A stretch of DNA of 19,005 nt, from positions 1 through 19,005 of the forward strand of contig NW_021824423.1 in NCBI RefSeq assembly GCF_006345805.1, written 5' to 3'. The position numbers and the translations under genes were made by a program. Each line of letters begins with the position of its first letter. Position 1 is the stretch's first letter. This document shows, in pieces, positions 1-10,371 of this stretch. This DNA comes from Octopus sinensis. Lineage: Eukaryota. Below the pieces are notes generated by a model, which saw only the letters and a list, made by a program, of their open reading frames with translations, ran no database searches and was not told the DNA's origin.

Positions 1-139
1 ATTGTATATATATACCATTATGCCTATAAAAGTGATTTATAACTTCAATACCCATACATATCTTACATCTATTTTCTTTCCTCCACCTCACTCTCTATTT
101 TGTATGACATCTAAACTAACTTAATTTTCCTCTCACACC

Positions 140-191
140 GTCTCCGATGAAAGGATATTATTAATTAATATCCTAGAAACAGCTGTAAGAC
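140..191 (+). ncRNA. Minimal type I hammerhead ribozyme-like motif (Penelope pLTR type), core variant CCGAUGA
   Basis: gtct(140-143) CCGATGA(144-150) a, stem II aggatatta(152-160)/taatatcct(166-174), a GAAA(176-179), palindromic stem III acagctgt(179-186), A187, then agac(188-191) pairing with gtct. U4 of the canonical CUGANGA core is C here. Confidence 0.5.
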
Positions 192-298
192 CTATCTATA
201 AATGCTCTAGTATCTATACAGCCTTGTTTTTTTTCTAACTTATTATGCAAAAAATTTTCATATATGTGTGTGTTGTGTGTGTGTGGTGTGTGTTATAT

Positions 299-337
299 AG
301 GCGCAGGAGTGGCTGTGTGGTAAGTAGCATGCTTACC
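299..337 (+). mobile_element. tRNA-derived SINE family 1, 5' head fragment (split by LINE insertion; continues at 955)
   Basis: aggcgcaggagtggctgtgtggtaagtagc matches the reverse complement of the heads of the copies ending at 5558 and 13412. Confidence 0.85.
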
Positions 338-954
338 GATAGGGAAACCGTCTTGCACGCATTCGTGAAGTGTCCGGAGTTATCGGGACTGATAGCTTTT
401 GCCGAACAACTGTTGTCAATGATGGGAAGAGTACAGCTATCAGCTGAGTCTATCATCGAGATTGTGCCGCCTCCTTTCCTTAACAGGGAAAGAAAGGCTT
501 GTTTTTTCTGTGTAGTAGCCATACTGAAAGAAACAGTATGGAAGACGCGTACGAAAGGTATAGTGACAGGCACCTTTGTCTCCGGCCAGGGGTTGATTAA
601 CTTTTTTAGTTTACCACCTCAGTAGCAAAATCAGGTTGGAGAAGAGGTGTCTATCACGAGATATGTTTGTGAAAAGATGGAAGCCTGTGGCATGCAAGCT
701 GGGTATGTTTGGCACCAGGTAAGTGTGACCGGATCAAAAAGTAAAGGTCCTACCCGGATGGCTGGATATCTGTCCTTCGACATGATCATTAAGTAATAGT
801 TTTAAACATTGTCTTCGTAAAATTCATTATTTATAATCTTATCCGTAATTTCATTCGAAAATTTTAACTGTGTTAAGCTACTTCACCCTTTATATTTGTC
901 TGTCCTTGTTTGTCCCCTCTTTGTAAATGCCTAAATGGCAAATTATATGAAATA
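338..954 (+). mobile_element. 5'-truncated L1/Tx1-like LINE (ORF2 C-terminus + 3' UTR) with 16-bp TSD
   Basis: Translation ETVLHAFVKCPELSGLIAFAEQLL...KETVWKTRTKGIVTGTFVSGQGLINFF, then after a frameshift YHLSSKIRLEKRCLSRDMFVKRWKPVA (stop 720-722); homologous to the copies at 10372-11007 and 15832-16400. Ends at AATAAA (951-956). TSD aagtagca[t/c]gcttacc at 322-337 and 955-970. Confidence 0.85.
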
Positions 955-1320
955 AAGTAGCACGCTTACCAACCACATGGTTCCGGGTTCAGTTCTACTT
1001 TGTGGCACCTTGGGCGAGTGATAGACTCAGACCGACCAAATCCTTGGGAGTGGATTTGGTAGACGGAAACTGTATATGTATATATATGTGTGTGTGTGTG
1101 GTGTGTGTGTGTGTGTTTGTCACCCGCCCACCACCACCACCAACATTGCTTGAAAACCGATGCTGGTGTGTTTATGTCCCTGTAACATAGCGGTTCGGCA
1201 AAAGAGACCGATTGAATAAGTATTAGGCTAACAAACAATAAGTCCTGGGGCTGGTTTGCTCGACTAAAGACGGTGCTCCAGCATGGCCACAGTCACATGC
1301 CTGAAACAAGTAAAAGAGTA
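955..1320 (+). mobile_element. tRNA-derived SINE family 1, remainder (B-box region, CORE-like segment, internal (TA)/(GT) tract, 3' half)
   Basis: ggttccgggttcag (B-box-like), ggcaccttgggcgagtg, internal microsatellite, 3' end ...ctgaaacaagtaaaagag; aligns by eye to 5155-5558 and 13001-13412. Confidence 0.85.
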
Positions 1321-1356
1321 ATATATATATACAGATATTTACATATATATATATAT

Positions 1357-1395
<39 letters not shown>

Positions 1396-1715
1396 TAATT
1401 ATATATATTCGTACTGCATGGGTGACGTTGCTTCTTTCAGAACATCGTTTGTTTTCTAAGTTTCATTAGGGAAGTGACAACTATTCTAATGTGAAGGCAA
1501 GATTTCTGCTTAGAAAATTTCCAACCCTATTCAAAGAATATGAATGAATGCATTCATAAAATACTTAGTATTCTGCATCGAGTTTCTTGATAACTGAGGA
1601 CTAACAAGGTTATACACAAACACACACACATGCACACACGCGCACGTGCACACACAAACACACATATATATATATATTACACACATATATTTACATATAC
1701 ATGCATGTACATATG

Positions 1716-1756
<41 letters not shown>

Positions 1757-1949
1757 TGTGTGTGTGTGTGTGAGTGTGTGTCTACCTCTGTGTGTGTCTC
1801 TCTCGCTATATATATAATTGTATGTGTGTGTATGTATATAAATGTACGTTCGTACGTATGTATGTATGTATATACACATATTTATATATAATGAATGTGT
1901 AATAAAATGATGTCTCATTACGTATTCTCACGTTATTTTAGGTTCATTT

Positions 1950-3150
1950 TTGTGTAGTTAATCTACATCTTGGAAACAGCAAGAACTCCTTCGAAGACAT
2001 TCGCATAGATCTTTATAAAGAATATATCTATATCTACAGTAGTTTCTGTGTTGAGTTATTTTGTTTACTATTGTTAGCAGTTTGCATGCTTCCTTGTTCA
2101 TCACATATTCGTCATTAATAATATTTCGGAGTGCGGCACAGTTTAGACTACATGATCGCTTCCTCATTTTGCCTTTCATTGCTTCTGTCATCCTTTTCCA
2201 TTACATCTGAATTCACCTGTGGATTTTGGACTTCATAAGGAATACTTATCGCTAGAATTTTGTGTTTCTGCTTAGTTCTGCAATGGTAGATTTGTACTGA
2301 GTTGTGTTGTTCTTATTCGAGTGTATGATGGTTAGTATTAAACAATTTTAAGCACTTTTTTGTCGCTATAAAAGGGCTAAACGGTGGGTTGAACCAGGTG
2401 ATATTACTATTTCTTAGTTATAGGAAATTTCGCCGTTTCGAATGACCTCATCACGTATTTTTAATGTTTGATCTTGAATAAAGCGTTGTCTATTTAATGC
2501 TCTAATAAAACATATCATTCTTTTCTATATTTTATTTTAAAAGATGCCGATGTAATACGCTTTTATATATAGTTACACATGTGGCGATTCTCTAAAGATT
2601 AACTTCTATGATTAGTCTTCGTGTCGTGTCTAGGAAATTTGCGACGGATAGAAGAGTATTTGTTGATTATTCTGAGGATGAATACATTAAGGACATCTAT
2701 TAGTTTTCCTTTAAATGCATCTGGCTCATGTCCGCTCGACCTTCAAGAGATTGCTAGGCCAGCGTTACTGCATATTCTTACATTAATTTGATCACGTGGT
2801 TAGCTTAGTTTATAATTTTGATTAAATATGTTGTTCAGTTTATACTAACATGTGCGGACCTTCTGGTTTGTGACTGTTACGTTGTCACATAATTACATAT
2901 GGTAAACTATTCAATTCCCTTCTTTAACAAGTTACGGTAAATAAGAAGCGACTCATTCTTTCACATTATTGAATTTATCATCTTGATGGATGGCGGCCGC
3001 GAATCTTTACCTTTAGCCCAGTGCTTATGACATGGAAGGGTTCCAAAACACAGACAGAATTTAGCAACATTGACTTGTTTGTATTTCCATAAGTTCTTTT
3101 GATATTTTATCGGGTTTATGTAAGCATTAATCTCTGCCGCTTTCTGCACT
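1950..3150 (-). pseudogene. Highly decayed Penelope-like element ORF (RT C-terminal half and linker toward GIY-YIG); boundaries approximate
   Basis: Minus-strand motifs in the expected order: KNESLLI (~2950), CSNAGLAI (2772-2749; each of the first four codons is one substitution from YRDD), ANFLDTT (2642-2622), NITWFNPPFS (2405-2376, 78 codons after NFLD in the same frame), Cys-rich NYCRYRY...ECLRRS (~2050-1985). Many stops and frameshifts. Confidence 0.7.
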
Positions 3151-3377
3151 GTGTATGTGCGCTGGGAGGACGTCGAGTATGTATGTGTGTCACACGTTGA
3201 TACTGCGTGGGAATTACGATACAAATACACGTGGCTTTGAACGGTTCCGTTCCGTACAGGTTAATTCAAGAGCAGATAATTCAGTCAATCGAATAATTGA
3301 ACCAGCTTCGTCGAACGACAGAGATCTCGCAACTCACTCATATACACACACTCACAAAAATATATGTACATACATGC

Positions 3378-3566
<189 letters not shown>

Positions 3567-4885
3567 AACTTCCTTTCTTGGCCGCACGGGGCTAAACAGA
3601 GGGGCCAAATACAATTATAGAGCTTTTCTTTTCGAAAATGAAAAACAAAAAGGGAAAATTGAGAAAAACTGTAAAATTCCGATCAAAAGGGATCGGGGAA
3701 AAGGCGATCAAAAGGGATCGTGTATCACAGAAGAATATTAAAAATGTAAAAAGCAAGATTAGGTTTATCCGTGGAAAGAAAAGCCTACGGAAAAAACCAA
3801 GGTAACCTCAAGCAGGGGTGTTTTGCAACCACAAACGTAGCAGTTCGGCTTTCTTCCTTTGACGGCTACATGCAAGCTCGAATCCTCTGTCAATTGGATT
3901 TGGTGGGGAATTTTTTTCGAAATTCACAGGATCGATCTGAGCAAGAATCTCGACTTCTTGGCCAATCCAGTTTTACTGGTTCTGGGCAGCGGTTTCCAAT
4001 ATATGGATTTCATCCTCGATGTCATAGCAAATGGCGGACACGGGCCATATTATTTCAATTTCGGTGGGGGGCACATTTATATGTTAATTTTTGTGACCCT
4101 ACGACCACGGTATGTAGGGATCATGAAGAGATTTTCATGTTGAAAGGACCTTGTGGAGAGGTCCTTGGCTCGCTCTTCGCTGTCAAATCTTACTTAGATC
4201 GTCGCAAACCTGTTTACCCTCGTTATGCAGTCTTTAAAGGCCCATAGGGGCCTTAAACATTTTCCACATTTTCATGAGTGGATGTTTCATGTACTTCTGT
4301 TTTCGAGTTGAGTGTCTTGTAAATGATTGGGTTTTTTTGCGATATTTTTTATAATGCTATCAGGTGTCTGTAACTCAATGTTGACTTCATTTTTTGTAAA
4401 CTTTTCTTTGCAGGCAAGTAATTCTTCTTTGGAAAAATGCATTATTCGTTTCTTTGTCTTCAAAGCCGCGACAAAATTGTTATCGGTATTCGTGTTGGTT
4501 GTGGCGGTGATGGCTGTGGTGATGGTAGCAGTGGTGCAAGTATTGATTATAGTAGCAGAGCATTCGTACCTTCTAAGGCCTGTGTGCGTTCACGCGGAAC
4601 GGCTTTGCTTACAGCTTCCTTCACCACTAGCATTGGTAGAGGCGGGAAGTCGGTCTTATGGTTTCGCTTACCCATTTTTTTTTAGAAATATGGCAAGGAA
4701 ATCGAAGAAAATAGAAATGTAAATAGGGTTGAAACTGCCCCTAGGGGTTAATTCCTCCCTTGGAAACACACTCAAACGAATGCTGGGTGCTTTACACACC
4801 TTGTGTGCAAAAATTGAAACAAAATGTGCGCAATAGAAGGTCGAAAAAAGGGGTTACCTGCGGAGCCGATCCAACATCACGTCAG

Positions 4886-4886
<1 letters not shown>
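3567..4886 (-). mobile_element. Tx1-like LINE copy A: 5' UTR + decayed ORF1 + 3' UTR, ORF2 absent
   Basis: 3567-~3818 is homologous to the 3' UTRs at 10372-10690 and 16165-16400 (shared gaggttacc, cgtaggcttttctt, cggataaacc, cgatcccttttgatc). The ORF1 remnant lies upstream; both ends abut (AGAT)n. Confidence 0.8.
3819..4675 (-). pseudogene. Tx1/L1-like ORF1 (gag-like) remnant ending inside a CCHC zinc knuckle
   Basis: ATG at 4675: MGKRNHKTDFPPLP..., Thr-rich linker, FATI*VRFDSEERAKDLSTRSFQHENLFMIPTYRGRRVTKINI, ...IPHQIQLTEDSSLHVAVKGRKPNCYVCG (CYVCG at 3842-3828). Several stops and frameshifts. Confidence 0.7.
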
Positions 4887-4977
<91 letters not shown>

Positions 4978-4980
4978 CAG
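4887..4980 (+). repeat. (AGAT)n array, 5' flank of Tx1-like copy A
   Basis: Directly visible. Confidence 0.97.
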
Positions 4981-5154
4981 AATTATATATTTACAATATA
5001 TACACACATACACATAACTCTGCAACTCTTCCTTATTTTGCAGTGGAAATTCTTAAAGTAGGTCAACATTATCGTCATTCTTATCGCCATCATTCACTTA
5101 GATACACACATATACATGTATACATATATATATATACGTGTGTGCGTGTACATA

Positions 5155-5558
5155 TACTCTTTTACTCTTTTACTTGTTTCAGTCATTTGACTGCAGCCAT
5201 GCTGGAGTACCGCCTTTAATCGAGCAACTCGACCCCGGGACTTATTCTTTTTGTAAGCCCAGTACTTATTCTATCGGTCTCTTTTGCCGAACCGCTGAGT
5301 AACGGGGACATAAACACACCAGCATCGGTTGTCAAGCAATGCTAGGGGGACAAACACAGCCACACAAACACATACACACATATATATATATATATATATA
5401 CGACAGGCTTCTTTCAGTTTCCGTCTACCAAATCCACTCACAAGGCATTGGTCGGCCCGGGGCTATAGCAGAAGACACTTGCCCAAGATGCCACGCAGTG
5501 GGACTGAACCCGGAACCATTTGGTTGGTTAGCAAGCTACTTACCACACAGCCACTCCT
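5155..5558 (-). mobile_element. tRNA-derived SINE family 1, near full length
   Basis: Minus strand: aggagtggctgtgtggtaagtagc (A-box-like), ggttccgggttcagtcc (B-box-like), ggcatcttgggcaagtgtctt, internal (TA)/(GT) tract, tail gtaaaagagtaaaagagta. Confidence 0.9.
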
Positions 5559-5569
5559 ATATATATATA

Positions 5570-5621
<52 letters not shown>

Positions 5622-5902
5622 ATGTGTGTGTATATATATATATGTGTATATAATGTCTTATTGACATATATATATATGTGTGTATATATATTGACATATA
5701 ATATATATATATGTGTGTGTGTATATAATATATATATATATAGCACCAAGTGGTGCTATTAAGTTAGACATGGCCTGGGCCAATACTGGCCAAAACCTTT
5801 TAAGTTATTCTAAGTTATTTATATATGTATATAATGTCTTATTGACATATATATATATATATGTGTGTGTATATATATATGTGTATATAATGTCTTATTG
5901 AC
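5559..5902. repeat. (TA)n/(TG)n-rich tract with three copies of atataatgtcttattgac
   Basis: 18-mer at 5648-5665, 5829-5846 and 5885-5902. Confidence 0.9.
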
Positions 5903-6194
5903 GAGTTTCGTTTTTTTCACTTTCCTGAGGAGAAGATTGCATTGTTTATACCATACTTTTGAATAGTATCAGTGGAATTTTCGAAACATGTGTCGAAAGT
6001 AAAAATATTTGATTACACCTGCGTTAAACTTCATTTATTTATTCATATATTATTCAAAATATTTAACGTAAACACGAAGTTTCTACCTTTATAAACAAGA
6101 AGTTACAACACCTTTACTTGTGAGATTTTTGCTGCCCTGGTAACTATTTATTTATTTTTTCCGTGTTAATTGTTAATAAGGGAAAAGTACACTC

Positions 6195-6196
<2 letters not shown>

Positions 6197-6292
<96 letters not shown>

Positions 6293-6328
6293 TATATAAT
6301 ATATATACACACATACACACAAACACAT

Positions 6329-6395
<67 letters not shown>

Positions 6396-6664
6396 TACAT
6401 TTATGTTTGAACTCTCATATACAAAAACGTTCATTTGTATATGGTATACAAATGGATGTCTATCTATATCTATCTACCTACGAACTTGCACATATATATA
6501 TATATAGAGAGAGAGAAAGAAAGAAAGAAACAGAGACAGACAGAGAGAAAAAGAGAGAGATACACACATGTGTGTGTATATAATGTACGTATATATACAC
6601 ACATGTGTGTGTATATATATGTACGTATATGTTTTGTATACAATATATATAATACAAATATATA

Positions 6665-6700
<36 letters not shown>

Positions 6701-6728
6701 GTATATATATATATGTAGATATATATAT

Positions 6729-6792
<64 letters not shown>

Positions 6793-7189
6793 TATATATA
6801 TATATATATACATATAAGTACGGATCTACGTCCTACGTACGAATGCATGAATGTATCAATATGCAAGAATATAAGCCCGCTAACCAACAACGTATTCCAG
6901 TATTGTGATGTTTGCTAATGACACCCAATTTATTTCATAATGAGGTCTTGTCATTCAACGTGACTAGAGTTGTGTCCATGTGAATGTTTGTTTTTTTTTC
7001 TGACGAGTACACACACACCCACACATACAAACACACACACGCACAAACACACACGCGCACAAACACACACACACACACATATGTGGAAATGTCGATAAAA
7101 AATATTTATACTTGAATCTGTATATTCACTAAGTATCGTTTTGCAAACATAGTAATATAGATAGATAGATAGATAGATGTGTATATGTA

Positions 7190-7239
<50 letters not shown>

Positions 7240-7545
7240 ATATGATGATATGTGTGTATGAACATGTGTGGCCAAGTGCGTGCATGTATGTGGATAAATG
7301 TAGATATGTCTGCATATATATATAAACGCATCTACATATCCATATATATGCATATAAACACACACACACACATATATATGCATATATAGACACTAATATT
7401 TTTAAATATATGGTGTATATGTGTGTAAAGATACATATAAACACACACACACGTAGATGTGTATATGTCACGAGTGCGTAAATACATAAACTTCAGTATC
7501 TATTTGTGTGTGTATATTCATCTGTCTATGTATGATGTGTATGCA

Positions 7546-7606
<61 letters not shown>

Positions 7607-7625
7607 TAATATATATATACACACA
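6197..7625. repeat. Cluster of (TA)n, (AGAT)n, (CA)n and (GA)n microsatellites with short unique spacers
   Basis: Directly visible; accounts for the I/Y-rich and YLSI ORFs. Confidence 0.95.
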
Positions 7626-7679
7626 TCCATTCATTTCTTAGGAATTCTCTCTTGCTTCCACGTGATAATACGAAAACTA

Positions 7680-8005
7680 CATCACATCATTTTCATGATA
7701 CCATCATCTTCATCACCATCATCGTCATCATCGTCGTCGTCGTTGTCGTCATCATGATCATCATCTTCGTCGTCGTCACCCTCGTCATCATTGACAACAT
7801 CGCCATCGCCATCGTCGACGTCATCATCTCCACTATTACATACCAACTTATCTTCATCAATTTCGAATTAATAGATCCACGGGGGAAATGTTGGAGCTTG
7901 GAGAATTGTTGTCAGCGTAGAGTTATTGGTCTGTTATTTTTTTTCTCTGGTGGTGGTGGTGGCGCTGCTGCTGCTGATGATGACGATGACGATGATATTG
8001 TTGTT
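7680..8005. repeat. (ATC/GTC)n tract and oppositely oriented (GGT)(GCT)(GAT/GAC)n tract
   Basis: Directly visible at ~7680-7860 and ~7950-8005. Confidence 0.9.
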
Positions 8006-8368
8006 AATGATAGTATGCGTGTGCTTTAAATCATTATTAATGTATAACTTGCTATTGTAGGTATTATTTATCACCAAGACATCCCCGTTCGGAGCAAACT
8101 TTTCACTAAAAGCGTTCCAAGCATGACCAACTTTTCAATTGTTTTTTTCTCAGACCAAAAGCATCTTAGACCACATATTCCAATGTCTTTCAATTTTTTT
8201 TTTATTCGATATACAATACGCCTCTGTGGAATTTGTCTGCTATAGTTATGACGTCTAGGTTTTTGATAAACCAACAGTTGTTCTTCGTTTTGATGGCCAC
8301 CACTTCTCCATAAAAAATTTAACGAAGCTTCATTTGTATACCAAGGATTTCCGGAAAGCAATTTCCGG

Positions 8369-8487
8369 GGAGGAGGAGGAGGAGGAGGAGAAGAAGAAGA
8401 AGAAGAAGAAAAGAAGAAGAAGAAGAAGAAGAAGAAGAAGAAGAAGAAGAAGAAGAAGAAGAAGAAGAAGAAGAAGAAGAAGAAGAG
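8369..8487 (+). repeat. (GGA)n followed by a long (GAA)n polypurine tract
   Basis: Directly visible. Confidence 0.97.
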
Positions 8488-8680
8488 CGAAAAATACCTT
8501 AGGAATGAGAACCAAGGTTCGAAATTTCCCCAAGACACCTGATGAAGGCTGGAAGGTATATCAGCCGAAACGTTGTGTTAACAAGAAACAAGATGAGGAC
8601 AAATATCCGTCAAATATAAATGATGTAAATAATGTACACAATTCCTCATCTCTTAAATATAGAACTGTATTATCTTCATA
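8488..8680 (+). mobile_element. Probable Penelope-like element terminal (pLTR) fragment
   Basis: Contains the hammerhead-like motif followed by an AT-rich tail, an arrangement typical of PLE pseudo-LTRs. Boundaries approximate. Confidence 0.55.
8534..8579 (+). ncRNA. Minimal type I hammerhead ribozyme-like motif
   Basis: gacac(8534-38) CTGATGA(8539-45) a, stem II ggctg(8547-51)/cagcc(8562-66), GAAA(8567-70), palindromic AACGTT, then gtgtt(8575-79) pairing with gacac. Confidence 0.65.
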
Positions 8681-8944
8681 GAGGTTAAATTAAGAGTATT
8701 ATTGGCGAAGCTTTGGACCGATTCTAAGTATCGATGAGGTCTAAATATTGTCATTTGCGGAGACCTTTTCTGTCTGGAGATGGCAAATAGCTTCCAGAGA
8801 TCTTTGTTTTTGTTGGTTCTATGGATCTATAACTGTTCTTTTGAGTGGCGATCGTAGCCTTTACGATACAAGCTCTAGATAGGCAGATGTACCGACAGTT
8901 TCGCCTGTCCGAAATGCAAGTAAAGAGACGAAACAGTCCGGCTC

Positions 8945-9095
8945 ATCGACACTAGTGCTTCACTGGAACTTATTTTATCGATCTCGAACGTATGAACGAC
9001 AAAGTCGAATTAGGTGGAAGTTGAACTCATAACGAAAAGTCGGACGAAATGCAACTAAACACTGCATTCATCGATTCTACCAGCTTGCCGCTTTA
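8945..9095 (-). mobile_element. tRNA-derived SINE family 2, diverged partial copy
   Basis: acttattttatcgatctcgaacgtatgaacgacaaagtcg...gaactc resembles 9230-9300 and 18840-18905. Confidence 0.6.
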
Positions 9096-9149
9096 ATTAT
9101 GACAATAATTATAATAATCGCAGCTTTAACTATGATAATAATAATAATT

Positions 9150-9365
9150 CTTCCTTCTATAGTCACAAGGCCTGAAATTTTAGAGGAGGAGGGGGCTAAT
9201 CACTTATACTGACCCCAATGCTGTACTGTTACTTATTTCGTTGACCCTCGAAAGGATGAAAGACAAAGTCGACCTTGGCGAAATTTGAACTCAGAACATA
9301 AAGACAGACGAGATGTCACTAAGCATTCTGCATGGAGTGTCAACGATTTTGTCAATCACTGGCAA
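9150..9365 (-). mobile_element. tRNA-derived SINE family 2 (possibly Meta-domain type)
   Basis: Minus strand has B-box-like gagttcaaatt followed by gtcgactttgtctttcatcctttcg; homologous to 18765-18978. The Meta-domain label is from memory and unverified. Confidence 0.75.
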
Positions 9366-9461
9366 TCATCCTTTTGGAATCAGTAAAATAAGAGCTATTT
9401 CAGGCCTTGTGCCTATTGTAGAAAATAGCGCGTTGGAAGAAATGCCGCTACATTCTGTGTA

Positions 9462-9464
9462 GTG

Positions 9465-9497
<33 letters not shown>

Positions 9498-9550
9498 AAG
9501 TTGCCGCAGTTCTGCTGCACCTACTGCTACTGCTGCTGCTGCTGCTGCTG
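9462..9550 (+). repeat. (GTA)n followed by (CTG)n trinucleotide tracts
   Basis: Directly visible. Confidence 0.92.
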
Positions 9551-10049
9551 TTTTTCTTCTTCCTTCTGTAGTTCCAGTCTACGAGACCACAATCCGCCAA
9601 GGGACTCACAGACAGACAGACAGACATTCAAAGACATTACCAAAGTTTTCCCGCTAATGTCACCCCAATCACGTATTTCCCATTCGTGTGTAATTACTTT
9701 GGCAAGACCTCGCTTTCAGCCAGGATCCAGATCACGTGATAATTGCATCAATTTCATTCTCTTGGATGACCAGGATCAATCACGTTGCTCTTTTCTACTC
9801 TCTTTCTTTCCCTTCCCGCTTTTAGTTTCTTCTCTTTTTCTTTTTCTTCTTCGCCTCTTTCTCTTCATCTCCCCATCTCTCTCTCTCTCTCTTTCAGTAT
9901 CTTTCTCTCTCTCTCGTTCGCTCACTCACTCTCACCTGTTGCACAATGCACATACGTATACATACACGTATACATACAAATGAATGCATGCATATGTGCA
10001 TGTGTACGTGCGAATTTATAAGTATATATTTGTACAGCGTATACGTTCT

Positions 10050-10114
10050 TAGATAGACAGTGAGACAGACAGACAGACAGATAGATAGACAGACAGTCAG
10101 ATATATATATGTAT

Positions 10115-10145
<31 letters not shown>

Positions 10146-10234
10146 CATACATACATACATACATACATACATACATACATACATACATACATACATACAT
10201 ACATAAATACATAGATAGATACATAGATAGATAC

Positions 10235-10298
<64 letters not shown>

Positions 10299-10371
10299 TA
10301 GATAGATAGATAGATAGATAGATAAGACGGACAGACGGAAGACAGACAGAAAGACAGACAGACAGATAGAT
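10050..10371 (+). repeat. Compound (AGAC)n/(AGAT)n/(ACAT)n array, 3' flank of Tx1-like copy B
   Basis: Directly visible. Confidence 0.96.

Noticed and set aside
3771-4722. Plus-strand ORFs 3771-4247, 3859-4143, 4327-4722 and 4437-4685
   Set aside because: Antisense shadows of the minus-strand Tx1 ORF1 remnant.
5490-5558. tRNA genes in the SINE heads
   Set aside because: Only A/B-box-like motifs; no cloverleaf could be built and they continue into SINE bodies.
6197-7641. Many 60-125 aa ORFs rich in I/Y, YLSI, CV or HT (also 9894-10585, 10910-11548, 14260-14964)
   Set aside because: Translations of (TA)n, (ATCT)n, (GT)n and (ATAC)n repeats that lack stops in some frames.
8334-8681. Poly-E/K/R ORF resembling a protamine-like or basic protein
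   Set aside because: Reading of the (GGA)n(GAA)n tract running into the pLTR fragment; no other coding evidence.
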